From: Cenococcum geophilum
Taxonomy: Eukaryota
Direction: 5' to 3'
Assembly: GCA_050273025.1 (NCBI GenBank)
Contig: CP158635.1
Span: 27,838,001 to 27,902,000 of the forward strand
Length of the DNA: 64,000 nt
Made by a program: the position numbers and the translations under genes. Position 1 is the stretch's first letter, and the number at the start of each line of letters is the position of its first letter. Of the stretch, positions 25,092 through 38,952 are shown in pieces. The notes beneath the pieces were generated by a model. That model saw only the letters and a program-made list of their open reading frames with translations. It did not search any database and was not told the DNA's origin.

Positions 25092-27402
25092 ATAGAAGGG
25101 TGTAAAAGAGCTATATTATCTAAGAGCCGCCAGTCTAAAGTCTCTTGTGCTGCTTAGCTAAATAGACGAGAACGGTCTTATTTAACTAGAACGGAGTCTC
25201 CTTGTTTACTATCTTGGGTTTATAGTAAGGGCAAGGAACGCATGCGATTACCTACCGCGCCTTTATTTTAAAGATAAGGAGTTTTAGAGTTTCGGAAGTC
25301 GTTAGGGGACAACAACTTAGGTAGGGGAGGTATATGGTAGTGTGATTTGGCCCCTAGATTTAATATTTAGATTAGGCATAGCTTTGGGAGAGCCTAGGCC
25401 TTTTACAAGTTATATAGATCGGTCTAGAGCTTTTAGAGTCTTTAACAACTCGGACAGGCACAAGGGACACAAAATACACTCTTTTCTTCTCTTCTTACTG
25501 ACTGCTTTCCTACTGATTTCTACTGACTGACTACGACCGACCGGCAGACCTGATAGCACTGTGACTTACTATCTGAGAGGGACCGCGTATACCACTACAG
25601 TATGATGATTGTTCTTCTTTTTGATGATTCTAAGAAAGGGTGAGGAAGGGCGAGGAGCTTAAGGCTCCTCGCTACGCTAGTGCCGCGGCAATACGTGACT
25701 ATATAACTATATGTGATATTATTCCTAACAAACGGAACTATTATAAAGTAAATTAGCGTATACTTAAACGGTATAAAAATGGCATATAAATAAAGGATAA
25801 GCTCCTGTATAGGACTTTAAGGAAGGTAATATAGTTTACCTAAATATATAAAACCTAAAGACTTAATAACCCTTAAAGAAACTAGACTAGAAGTTTATAG
25901 GCCTATACTAAATTAAGAAGAAACTGAGTCTATATACTTATAAGCTTAAACTACTAATAAAGATAAAAATATATTTAATGTTTTACGTACACTTGCTATA
26001 ACCCTTAAAAGGAAAACCTATAACTTATAAAGTGCTATTACTACCTCCTATAATTATTAATAACGGTAACGGTTCTTACTTTATTAACCTAATTAATAAT
26101 ATATAATAAAAAACACAATCTAAATAATTTAAACCTTTTATTAAGTAAAAAAAATATAAAATATAAACCTAGGAAACCTATAACTAGATTAAGGCTAACG
26201 CGCTATTTTTAGTAAAAGAATTCTATAAGGACTATTCTTTATAGCCTACTTTAGCTAGATAGATATAATATAAAGGTAAATAATTACCGCCCAATATAAA
26301 TACAAAAATAATAATAATAAGAACTTAAAATATATTAAAATATTTATAATATGGTTATATAATATATAAGATATTAAGGAACTTTAACTAGCGGTTAAAG
26401 TTATCTAATTAGTTAGATTTATCTTACCAAGACCTACTATAAAGATATTAGTTTGGCTTACCGCCTTAACTAAGCTAATAGCGATTTTCTATACCAGGTA
26501 TAGAAAATCCTAATTAGCCTACTTAACGATTAGAACCGGTAAAACCCTATACTACTACTTAACGCGAAAATATAACACGCGATAAGTTATATATCTTAAC
26601 TAAAATTAAATTATTTGGACCTTTAGCTAAAAGGGGGAGTACTATAATAGGACTAGCCCAGTTATAGTAGGAATATCTTAGTAAAATACTTAATAGATAA
26701 ATTTTAACACTTTAACCAAATTCTAATAAATTCTACTAGCTTAATTAACTTCTGCTAAATTCTGCTAGATTAATTAAATTTTACTAAAGTTTATTAAAGA
26801 CCGCGTGCGTATATACGCACGTATTAACTACTAAGTCCCTAACTATTTAATTATATAATTCTCTTATTATTCCTTTCTCTTCTTTACGCAACGTCTTGTT
26901 CTTAGCGAGAGCTATATACCCTTAGATTTAGATAGAATTTATATTATTCCTTTAAATATTCCCTAAAGTCTCTTCGCGCCCTTATAATAGTAGCACCTAT
27001 ATAGTAGCTACTAAGGCCTTCTTTATATCTAAATTACCTTATAAACTCCTCTTAAAGTTAGCCCTTAAGAAGTATAAGTAGCTCTATATTAGACCTAATA
27101 AGGAAATAGGTGGTTATATAATTTAAAGGTACTTAAATAACTTAATTATAAGTTGAGAAATTTGTATAAATGGCTTATATATAGTTTAATTGGCTCTAAA
27201 GCCTTAATATATTGCGTACGCTACCGTATAGCAACTTAATATTAATATACTATATTAGCGACTCGGCTATATAGGTAAGGATATACTATAAAAGGTAGTT
27301 AAAATGGGCGACTTTATATAGTATGCTAGTATATAATATATTTAACTATTATATATAATTATATACAATCTTATATAATCTTATACAGTCTTATTACTTA
27401 AA

Positions 27403-27775
27403 GGCTCTATATAAGGCTTTGTATAAGGCTCTGCATAAGGCTCTATATAAAGCTTTATATAAAGCTCTACACGAAGCCCTATATGAAGCTCTACACGAAG
27501 CCCTACACGAAGCTCTATATGAAGATTTGCACGAGGCTCTACGGGCTCTATGAGGCTCTACACGAAGCTCTACGTATAGAGGCTCTGCATAAGGCTCTGC
27601 ACAAAGCTCTGCACGAAGCTCTACACGAAGCTCTATATAAAGCTCTACACAAAACTTTGCACGAGGCTCTACACGAAGCTCTATATGAAGCTTTATATGA
27701 AGCTCTACGTACAGAGGCTCTGCATAAGGCTCTGCGCGAAGCTCTGCGTACGGAGGCTCTACACGAAGCTCTGTA
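27403..27775. repeat. Degenerate 12-bp tandem repeat (GAAGCTCTACAC) in an unclassified RIP-affected segment
   Basis: About 30 units; they generate the EALH/CRAS repeat ORFs in the ORF track. Confidence 0.9.
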
Positions 27776-30700
27776 TCGGGTCCCTACTATATTCCCAATA
27801 GCCTCTATATATGCCTCTGCCAAGTATACCCCTTATATATACCTGGGAATGATTTCTTTACGAGTGTTTAAAGACTTCTTTTCTCGTTCTAGTGGGTAAG
27901 CGTTGCCGCCTTAAGCTCGCGCGAGCCGAGGTAAGTGTTGGGTGAGCAAGGGTGAGTAAGGGTGAGCCGGGTGATGAAATAGGGTAATCCCTTACCCCGC
28001 TTAGCGCCGTGTCTCTTCAGGGCTCAAAATAGCTTTTTTGACCCGGCTTTGTAACGTGACATACTTTCCCCTTTTTATCTTAAGCTATAGGCTATAACTT
28101 TGTCTATTTTCCCTTACTAAACTTTAACTTTAAGCCTCTACACAAAGCCAAATTCTACCCCTATAAGGTTTATTAACCCTATATTTTCTACTATTCTTCT
28201 AAACCCTAGGGCTAATTAAAAAGTTTATAGATTATTATTTTATGGCTTAGGAGCGAGGCTATAATTAACTTAGAATTTACTTTACCCGCCTATAAGGAGG
28301 TGCTAAGCCTAGCCTTCGGCTAGGCCTTGGCTACCCCTAAGAGCCCTTAGGCGATATAGCCGAGTAAGGGATTCTATGGTGTCTTTCTTAATACCTAGCG
28401 TCCTTAGCAGCTGATAGAGGCTGCGCGCTAATCGCTAGGTATCGCCCGTACCTTTACTTGTTTAACTTTAGCTAGCCCCTATTACTAAAACTTAAACATC
28501 GCAGGGGACACTTAATACTTAAGTATTAATCTAATTAAAAATTGATTTTTGGGGTGCTTTAATGTATATAGTAGTAGCTTATATATATAATAGACTAAAA
28601 GTCTATATAGTAGGATCTTATCCACCGCCTCTACTACTGTAGAATATCAATTTAGCTGCTTATAGAAGTTCCTAAAGCACTCTTTGTATAGGGGCTTTAA
28701 GCACATTAAGCACTTAGTAACTGTTTGACGTGCTTTAATTATGATCCTCCGTGCCTTCTTTTATCTATATAACTAGCAATAAGGCATTGTTTTAAAGCCC
28801 TATATTTTTAAGTAGGCTGTTTGGCGTTTATAAGGCTTGCCTAAAAGACGTATATAAGGTAGAGGCGTGCTTAATATAACGTAGTCGTTTCTTCTAGTTC
28901 CGTTGTTTTTATAGCCAGGACCTATACTAGCTTAATATTAACTAGATTTTAGGCGTACTGTTAACTATATAAGGTCTCATACTTCCTTATCTATAGCTCC
29001 TATTAATTTACTACCCTTAATAATAAGATTCTAGGCTAGCCGAATGCGGAACTGATGGTGGTTAATTAGGAACTTTTTTTTAACTTCTTAAATAGTGTCT
29101 TGCTTATAAGGTAGGCGTTAATTACGGCCGTATTAAGCGCCTAAAAGAATAGAGGTATTTAATTACGTACTAAGGTAATTGTTATAGACGCTTTAAGTAC
29201 GATGTTATAACTACTTGGAGAGGAGTCGGAAGAAGCTAGTTAGTTAATACAGGCACGGTTTAGGATAGAACCTGTGGAACTATATGACGAGGAATGGTAA
29301 GCAAGGTCACGTGATGTGATCTATATAATCTGTGTGATCTGCGAGATCTGTAATAGAGCGAATAGAGTAGATAAAGTAGATAGAGCAACGACTTTTATAG
29401 GAGTACGGTTGTGTATTTAAGGACCCTTAGTCCCTACCTAGATAGTTCCTTCCTTATAGTAATTTTTAGAATATAATTAGAGTTAATCTATTAGGCAACC
29501 ACTCCACCAGTTATTATTACGTTGTCGACTTTTATACTTGCATTTCCTATACACCTAGCCTAATAACGAGCCTATTATAGTTCTTGCTATAAGGTTCCGT
29601 TACACAATTACTACCTAGTTATAGTATTAATATAAGAAGTTAAACAATATGCCACCTAAAGCAGCCACTATAACGCTATTAACGGCGGCAACTACTTTAA
29701 GATTAGGTAACGACACTAGTATAGTAGACACTGACTCGCAACAGCCTATAATAGTAGGGTAATTATAGGAAATAGTTGACTAACTAATAAAAAATAATAC
29801 GGCACTTAAATAAAGGATTAACGGGATAGGAGTAGTAAAGGTTAAGTTACTATTAATTAAAAGATTCTTAGGAGAGAGATTAAAGCTTAAAGGATTCCTT
29901 ACGCGAATGCACTTTAAGGTTATATAAGAGGGAGTAAAGCTAGTAATACCTATGGATTAAATAGCGTATACAGGATTGTTCTTATTAGGAAGAGCACTTA
30001 AATAGTTTAAGCCTTACCTTATAGAGATATAAGTAAATAGAATAATAATAATAAACTAGGAAGTACGGTTTATATTCTTAAGCTAAAATAAATTTATAGA
30101 GCGACTTATATAGATGTTTAGAGACCTAGAGGCAATAACTATAGCGGAAAGAAAACTCTAAGATATTACGTAATAAACCTTAGCTATTAAATATATAACG
30201 CAGTTCTAAACGTTAGTAATATAAGTTAAGTAGAATAATAAGGCGCTTATGGCATAGTATAAATAGGGACTTAAGGCTAAAGTCTAGGACGTAATTATTC
30301 TAATGGAAGATGTGGACACCCTAAGGGAATTAATAGATTAAGCGATTAAGATTAATAATAGGATCTTCTAAAGGGAACAGGCTAAGAAGGGTTAGGATAA
30401 AGTTTTATAGTCGTATAAGACGTAGAGTACATAACAACTAAAGCTAAGTTAAAAACTATAGTATAGCGTAGAGCTAATAGACCTAAGCGGTATTAAAGAA
30501 GCCTATAAGAGATAGAGTAAGAAACTATAAAAATTTAGAGGTTAAGGATTTAGTGATTATAGGACTAAGAAGTATAGGCTAAACTAGAGATCTTAGTAGT
30601 AGAAGACGTTTAGGCGGACTCTATAGCAAAGTTAGTGGTTTAGAGATAGAGCTTATATAAATTATAAAAAATAAGGTTATTTCGCGAGGGATTATAAAGA

Positions 30701-30991
30701 TAGTTAGAGTTATTATATAATAAAGGGAACTAAACTAATAGTAGAAGACATATATATATAGAGAGATAATAGTATACTATAAGGAATAAAAGAATGTTTA
30801 ATCTAAAGTTTCGCGTTTTATTATAATAACGCATACCAAATTTATAAAGACACTAAGTATGGCGTAAGCTATTAGCTATAAGAGCTAAAATCTATAAAGT
30901 ATAGAGGAACTAATAAACCATCGCGCAGATTAGATATTAAAGATAACGAGTTTAATATAGGCGAAATATTTATAGACGATAAGGAAATAAA

Positions 30992-33900
30992 TGTAACGGA
31001 ACCTTGTAGTAAGTACTACGATAGGTCCTGTTAATGGGCTAGGTGTGTAGGTAATGCGTAAAGTTAACAACGTAATAATAACTAGTGGAGTGGTTGCCTA
31101 ACAGATTAACTCTAATTATATTCTAAGAATTACTATAAGGAAGGAACTATCTAGGTAGGGACTAAGGGTCCTTAAATATATAACCGTACTCCTATAAAAT
31201 CCTTCTTATACGTAATATACGTGAGGTATATAAGGTACGTACGTTCCGCTTATTCTCTACGTTCCTTATATAGCATATTATATAACTTATACTACTATTC
31301 CTTGTTATATAGTTTTACCAGCTTTATCTTAAACCGTGCTCTTATTAACTAACTAGCTTTCTCCAACTCTTCCCTAAGTAGTTATAGTATTATACTTAAA
31401 GCGTCCGTAATACTATCTCTCTCCTCTCTATCTTTATCCTTAAAGATTCCTAATATCTCTAAGTTGTTTACTAGAGGTATAATATCCGTCTAATTAATTT
31501 AATTAATATTATTACTTATAATGCCTAAAGCCTTTTCTTCTTTATACGCGCAATGACGCGCCCATATTATTACTGCAATACTATTGCTAGATAAAATTAT
31601 GCCATCTTTATATTCTCGTTATGCGAAAGAGGGGTTAGTTTGCGTTACGCTAGCGAGTCCTTTATCCTAGTAACCCTCTTCTTATTTAGAGTATACTAAA
31701 GCGAATATTTGTTTATCCTACAATGTTCGCTCTTTCTCTAACGCTAAGTATACGCGTCCTATAACTCCTAATAGTTATTAAGTTCCCTAAGTAATTTGTT
31801 ATAGGGTCTTATATTTAATCTACCGCTGTAAAGCTTAATAGTAAGTTATTATAAGCCCTAGCTAAGCTGGAATGTTCTTATAATGTGGAACAGAAAGCTC
31901 TAAACGCTTAAATTATAGCATCTGCTTATCTTCTTCGCCTTAAGAAGGTTCGTAAGAAGGTTTATTTTAAGGAGTAAAAACTTATAGAATAGGGTCTATA
32001 GAAACTTAGTAACGAAAGAACGGGTTCTCTTCTAACAGCGAAGGAAATAACTCTAAGTAGTTCGGCAGTCGCTCTTTCTAGGTCCCCCTTAGGTAACTTA
32101 TTCTTTAGTAACTTTTCTTTATTAATATTACCTAACCTCTTTCCTTTTAATACTCCTATACCTTTTTTATAGCATTTCTTAAATTTTTTAATGGTTCCTA
32201 GGTAGTCTTATTGTAGCCTGTTTATTTAACCTTATACTATATTTTATTATTAATGTTCTTATAACTAATAATCTTTAAAACTTGCTACTTGTCTTCTTTT
32301 TATCCTTAGTATATATTTACCTTATAAACTAGTGGCTTAATATTTCCATATACTAGTTTTAGTATCGCAATATACTATATAGGGTAGATCTTTATTTTAG
32401 CTAGTAGGTTTAACTTAAATATAACCAGTAAAATCCTTTAACTAATTTTAAAAGGTTCTAGCCTAACGTAGTTTAACTTCTTGCTTAGTTATTAACTCTT
32501 AAAATTTTTATATAGTAGCCATACTTTATCTCCCTCCTTAAGATCTGGTCCCTTAGATCTCTTAACATTATAGTATTTCTTTATTCTTTACTATACTACC
32601 TTAGCTGTTTCTATAAGGTTTTTATAAAGATTTATTAATATCTCTATCCTTTACTTAGCTATACTACTCGTTTTCTTTACTTAACGTAGTAATAGCGATG
32701 TTCTTAGCTTATATCCATAATTCGCCTTAAATAGTAACGTACCTATTCCTTTTTATAGTGTTATATTATATATAAACTATATAATTGGTAATAATAATAC
32801 CCAATTATTCTATACATAATTAATATAATGTCTTAGATATTGCTCTAGTGTCTAATTTAATCTTTCTATTTAACCGTCTGTCTGCGGATAATATATAGTA
32901 GAAGTTACTACTTAAACTTCTTACTCCGCTAAGAATACCTCTTAGAATGCTGCTATAAATCTTAGATCTCTATCCAATATAATTTTACTTAGTGCTCTAT
33001 ACCTTATAAACACTTCTTTAATATAGATTCTAGCAATATCTTCTACTAATATTTCTTCTATATACGCTATAAAGTATCCCCACTTTATAAGCTTATTTAC
33101 TATTACTAAGATTATATTATAATCTTATCTAGTAATAGGATCTCTTAATTTTGGCAACTTAATAATAAAGTCCCATAATATAACCTCCTATAGTCTCTCT
33201 AGTATTTTAATAGGTTATAGCCCTCCATATAGCTTATATCTTATTAGTTTATTCCTTTAGTAATCTAAATACTCCTTAGTAACCCTTTTAGCTATCCTCT
33301 AAATTCCGTTAATAATATACTCCTCCTAAAGTCTCGATACTAAGCCTATAGCTCCGTTATATCCTTAAGTTAGTTTTTTATAGAAATCTTCTATAAATTG
33401 CTCTGCTATGCTTCTTAAGATATACTTCGCTTCTTAGTTTTCGTATATATCTAACTATAGATCTTCTAGTTATGCTTTTAGAATTCTTTATACCTAAAAG
33501 CTTTCTAGTATCTTATAGACTTTATCCAATTTTTCCTAAGTTGCTATAATTTTTAGATAATTATATTTAATTAATCTATCTATATCTTTTTGTAGTAAAG
33601 CCCCTAATGGCTTCTTATTATTTTACGGTTTGGCCTTTTAACTTAGAGCATCTGCTTATATATTGTCTATACCCTTAGTATACTAAATCTTAAAATAGTA
33701 TTCTATAAGTATCTCTGCCTATCTAACCTGTCTTTAGTTAAGTTCCTTTATTATTAGGAATCCCGTTAAGTTCTTATAATCCGTCTTAACTATAAATAGT
33801 TCCTCTATACCTTATAAGAATGCTCTCTATTCCTTTAGTACTATAACTATACCTAACAACTCCTTATTATAGATGTTATAGTTTAGTTCTAATAGTATTA

Positions 33901-36900
33901 TTAGATACCATCTATCTAGATACTTTTATATAAAATATACTCCTAGTGCAAAGTCTAATACATCTGTTTTAACAACCGTTTTTAGTCCTAGTTAATAGAT
34001 CTTAAGAACTAGCTTCTAGGTAAATAACCTTTTAACTTCTTTAAATAGTTCTTATTATTTCTTTCCCTATACCTATAATTCTTCTTTCTTTATTAACCGC
34101 GTAAATGGCTTAATATCCTTTAACTATTGCGCTATAAACCTTCTATAGTAATTGCAAAACCCTAGAAATAATCTTAACTATATAAAGTTCTCTAGTTCTT
34201 ACCAATTTACTATAGCCTTAATCTTCTTTAGATCTATGCTAAGTTGGCCTAGTTTAATAATAAATCCAACAAAATCTGTCTTTCTGGTAAAGAACTTATA
34301 TTTCTTAATTACTACTAGTATCTATTCTTCTTATAGTCTCTTTAAGACCTATTTAACGTATTCCCCGTATTTTTCCTTAGTTATTAAGTAGATAATAATA
34401 TCGTCAAGGTATGCTATAATAAATTCATCTAAGTGTTTTTCTAATATATTGTTAATTTGCTTTTAGAACGTTGCTAGTGCGTTTATAAGCCCGAATTATA
34501 TAACTAATGGTTTATATAGTCCTTCCTTTAACCTAAAGGCTGCCTTTTATTTATTACCTTCCTTAATTCTAATCTAATGGTACGCCTATCTTAGATCTAT
34601 CTTCGTAAAGATTTACGCGTTACCTATCCTATCTTAGATTTCGCTAATTAAGGGTAAAGGATACTTATCCTTTCTAGTAATGCTATTTAACTATCTATAG
34701 TCGATATATAGCCTTAGCTTACCATTTTTCTTTAGTACGAATAGTACTGGATAACCTACTAATAATTATAATGGTCTAATATATCCCTTTTATAAGTTCT
34801 CCTAAATAAACTCTTTTAATACTCTACCTTCTTCTTTAGTAAGCTTATAGATTGGAAAGAACCTTAAACTTATTTTTGGTTTTAATTCTATCTTATAGTC
34901 CCATACTATATACTTTAATAGCTTTTTGCTCTCTAGCGACTATAGTTTTTTGCCGTATTTATGGTATCTCTTTAGTATATAATCTAACCCTTTCTTAGTT
35001 TCTTTATACGTCGCTCTAACTTAGTACTATACCATTTTAGTTTATTATCACATCTTACGGCGTTAAGTATCTCTAATATTAACCTAACCTATAACCTAAT
35101 TAATCTTTAAATTATACTTCTGTAACTAAGGCATCCCTAGTATTACCTTATCCTTCCCTAATAGTAGAATATTAAAAAACATCCAAATTTATCTCCCTTT
35201 AATAGTTAACTAAATAGGTCCTGTTTTAAGATTAATAATACCATCCCTATAGGCTATTAGATCTCCTAAAATTGTTACTAATAAATATAGGTGCTCCTTT
35301 CTCCTATATAGTAGTTCCATTCTTTTAACTACTACTAGTAAGATATAGTTCCTTATTACTCTACTATCTATTAATGCTTTAAACTGTTAATCTTGCCATT
35401 TAACTTATAAATTTAGGTGCCTTCCTTAAATTCCTTTAAGGGTCTAAGGCTCTATTACTGGTTCCCTCTAATCCTATAGGCCTTTACTTTTCCTAACTGT
35501 TAGCTACTAGATCCTACTTATACTTAGTCCACTTTTAGCTAATACTTAGTTCGCTTCTTATCTTTAATATATTATAGATAGGTATTTTCTAAATATTTCT
35601 ACCATTATTATCTATCTAGGCATTCTTCCGTAAGGAATCTTCCTAGTTAAAGTATTAAGTCCCCTTATTCTTAAACTTCTACTAGATGCTAGCTATATAT
35701 ATACTTAGTATTTCAGTATTTTACCTTATCCATTATCTAATATATTTTTATTAGATATTTCCAATTCTTATTTTTTAGTGTTCTATATATACTATACATA
35801 TTATCTATATATACTATCTATAATAGTATATAATATGCTTAGTGTTTTAGGTTAACTCTTAGCTTATTTTTGTCCTTAAGTTTAAACCTTTTTTATATTA
35901 ATCTAAGCGTCGCGACTTTATTTATAGGTACTAAGATTTGTCTCTCACTTCTCTAGTCCTTTAATTACTCCTTTAGATCTTTTAACGTTATAATTAAGGC
36001 TCCTTTAATATAAGTTATAGCCTTTTCCGTAATTAGGTGGTCTTAGATAACTTTTTTATCTAACTATATATAGAAATCTTCCTACTTATCATTATATCGC
36101 TGCCTATACCACTTTTAGTATAGCTGCTTAAGTATATACGCTCTATCCGTAAGGAAGTATCTTCTTATTACTATATCGTAATAGCCCTTTATATATCGTT
36201 CTTTAAATCTAGTTAGGATTCCCAAATCCTCTTCTTATTCCAGTTTGGTAAGCCACTTAGCTCTTAGTATGCCTGCTCTTAGCCTATTAGTAATTCTTTA
36301 TATAGGTGCTCTGTCCCTTATACAACCTAGTAGACTAAATCTCTTATTTAGTTTCTGCTCTTGCTATAAGGTAATTCTCGCTCTAAATTTCTCTATAGTT
36401 TCTTTTCTTTTGCGTTTTATAAGTGGATTCTTAAAGTCTTTATACTTCTTAATCTTAGTATTAGTTTTCTAATCTTTAAACTAAATACTATATTTAACTG
36501 GTAAGTCTTCTAGGTCTATATATCTTTCTCCCAGTCTAACCACTACTTATACTATAGATTCTCTAATCTATAAAGAAGCTCCTTGCTTCTTACCTATAGG
36601 TGCCCTTATTTATTCCCTAAAGTCTTAGTCCCTTAAATTTTTTAATTCTAAGCTTGCTTCTAACTTAAGCTTAGCTCCCGCCTTAGTCTAACTAGGCGTC
36701 TGTAGTATTTTTATCTCGTCTTAAGAGTCTTAAATCTTATCTATCTCGTCTTAAGAATTTAATGCCTATAGGAAACTCTATTTTAAGCTTATTCGTATAT
36801 TTCTAAACTAAGCTACTACCCTACTCTATCGGTTTTCGTCCGTTATAGGTCCTTAGGTGTACCTCATCTTGTCTTAAGAATCTTAGTCGTCTCTTATCTT

Positions 36901-38952
36901 ATCTTAAGAATCTTAAGCCTTTGGCCTTTTACCTTTATTAAGTGGTAAATTAGCACTAGTAGTTGTCTACTTGCTTAATCTTTATAAGATACTCTTCCTG
37001 CCGTCTTATAAAGCGGTAGATGCCGTATCTAATGGTGTTATAATGCCCGTTACTAATTTTTGCTCTATGGTAGTCTTAGTCTCTACTTTTAATACTAATG
37101 TCTTAAGATCTTCTTTCTTAACATTACTGAATGGATTTTTCCCGAAGTCCCTTTCTAAATACTGCCTTATTAACACTGTACTAAAAGTTGCTATTAGATC
37201 TTCGTTACATTTATAGAACCTGTCTTGCTCTTTATAGTCTTAGGTAGCTCTTAGTTTCTCTAAACTAGGTTCCTATAGCTAATAGCTTGCGCCGTACTTA
37301 GCGTCTTTATAAATTTAGCACGCGTTATTATAACAAAACGTAAAATAGTTAATTAAACAATCCTTTATTCCTTGTAGTGTATTATCGTCCCTCTATATAT
37401 ATATACCGTCTGCTAATCCGGTTCCCTTTATTACATAATAACTTTAACTATCTTTATAATCTCTAGCGAAATAACCCTATTTTCCATAATTTATATAAGC
37501 TCCCTCTTTAAACCATCTTTCTTGCTATAGAGTCCGCCTAAATATCTTCTGCTACTAAGATCCCTAATTTAGCCTTTGCTCCCTAGACCTTTAATTACTT
37601 AATCCTTGTCCTCTTAGTTTCCATAGTCTCTTACTCTATCTCTTATAGGTTTCTTTAGTACCGCTTAGGTTTATTAGCTCTGCGCTATACTATAGTCTCT
37701 AACTTAGCTTTAGTTAATGCGTACTCTGCGCCTTATATAACTATAAAACTCTATCCTAACCTCTCTTAGTCTGCTCCCTTTGGTAGATCCTATTGTTAAT
37801 CTTTATTACTTAATCTATTAATTCCCTTAGGGTTTCCGCATCTTCTATTAGGATAATTACGTCCTAGACTTTAGCCTTAAGTCCCTATTTGTACTGTGCT
37901 ATAAGCGCCTTATTATTCTACTTAACTTATATTGCTAGCGTTTAAAACTATGTTGTGTACTTAATTGCTAAGGTTCGCTACGTAATGTCTTAAAGCTTTC
38001 TTTCTGCCGTAGTTGTTGCCTCCGGATCTCCAAATATCTGCGTAAGTTATTCTATAAATCTATCCTAACTTAAGAATATAAACCGTACTTCTTAGTTTAT
38101 AGTTATTATTTTATTAGCTTGTATCTTTATAAGGTAAGGTTTAAACTATTTAAGTGCCCTTCCTGTTAAGAATAGCCCTGCGTACACTATTTGATCCATA
38201 GGTGTTACTAGCTTTACCCCTTTCTATATTACCTTAAAGTATATTTATATAAGGAATCCCTTAAGCTTTAATCTTTCTCCTAAGAATTGTTTAATTAATG
38301 GTAACTTAACCTTTACTACGCCTATCCCGTTAACCCTTTATTCTAGTGCCGCATTATTTACCATTAACTAGTTAATTATTTCCTATAACTGTCTAACCGT
38401 TACGGGTTGCTATAAGTTAGTATCCGCTATACTAGTGTCCCCTCCTAACCTTAAAGTAGTTGCCGCTATTAATGGCGTTATAGTGGCTGCTTTTAGTAGC
38501 ATGTTGTTTAACTTTTAATACTATAACTAGGTAGTAATTGTGTAACGGAACCTTGTAGTAAGTACTACGATAGGTCCTGTTAATAGGCTAGGTATATAGG
38601 TAATGCGTAAAGTTAATAACGTAATAATAACTAGTAGAGTGGTTGCCTAATAGATTAACTCTAATTGTATTCTAAGAATTATTATAAGAAAGGAACTATC
38701 TAGGTAGGGACTGAGGGTCCTTAAATACATAACCGTACTCCTATAAAATCCTTCTTATACGTAATATACATAAGGTACGTACGTTCCGCTCATTCTCCAC
38801 GTTCCTTACATAGCATATTATATAACTCGTGCTACTATTCCTTGTCACATAGTTTTACCGGCTCCATCCTAGACCGTGCTCTTATTAACCAACTAGCTTC
38901 CTCCGACTCTTCTCTAAGTAGTTATAGCATTGTACTTAAAGCGTCCGTAATA
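30992..38952 (-). mobile_element. Full-length Gypsy C sister copy inserted in inverted orientation in the outer copy
   Basis: LTRs at 38541-38952 (5') and 30992-31412 (3'). TSD ATAAA at 30987-30991 and 38953-38957. gag-pol relic ~38502-32098 with YLDDII intact at ~34395-34412. Confidence 0.95.
31521..32010 (+). pseudogene. Antisense accessory ORF of inner Gypsy C with a Zn2Cys6-like motif
   Basis: ATG 31521. TAT/TAC/TGC codons spaced C-x2-C-x6-C-x13-C-x2-C-x8-C over 31611-31721. A likely GT..AG intron follows. The end is approximate. Confidence 0.55.

Larger units (their letters stand above)
13456..25599 (+). mobile_element. Full-length Ty3/Gypsy LTR retrotransposon B with an extra 3' ORF
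   Basis: 267-bp LTRs at 13456-13722 and 25333-25599. 4-bp TSD GTAT. Purine tract GGTAGGGGAGG before the 3' LTR. Confidence 0.95.
13407..25730. repeat. Solo LTR (~176 bp; pieces 13407-13455 and 25604-25730) split by Gypsy B
   Basis: Ends TGTTGG...CCTAACA with a perfect 5-bp TSD AACGG (13402-13406, 25731-25735) inside the Gypsy A integrase. Confidence 0.85.
5437..26989 (+). mobile_element. Ty3/Gypsy chromovirus A in three pieces: 5437-6128 RT end/RNase H; 12359-13406 integrase; 25736-26989 integrase C-terminus, chromodomain, PPT, 3' LTR
   Basis: RIP-reversed motifs FLGFANFY, NYEIYDKELL, TDHKNL, HDSPIAGHPG, ISIDF, TAFHPETDGQ, KKLDWKFVGPY, IKWEGY..TWEP. The reading continues across the insertions. 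Purine tract AAAAGGGGGAG at ~26629. The LTR limits (~26643-26989) are approximate. Confidence 0.85.
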
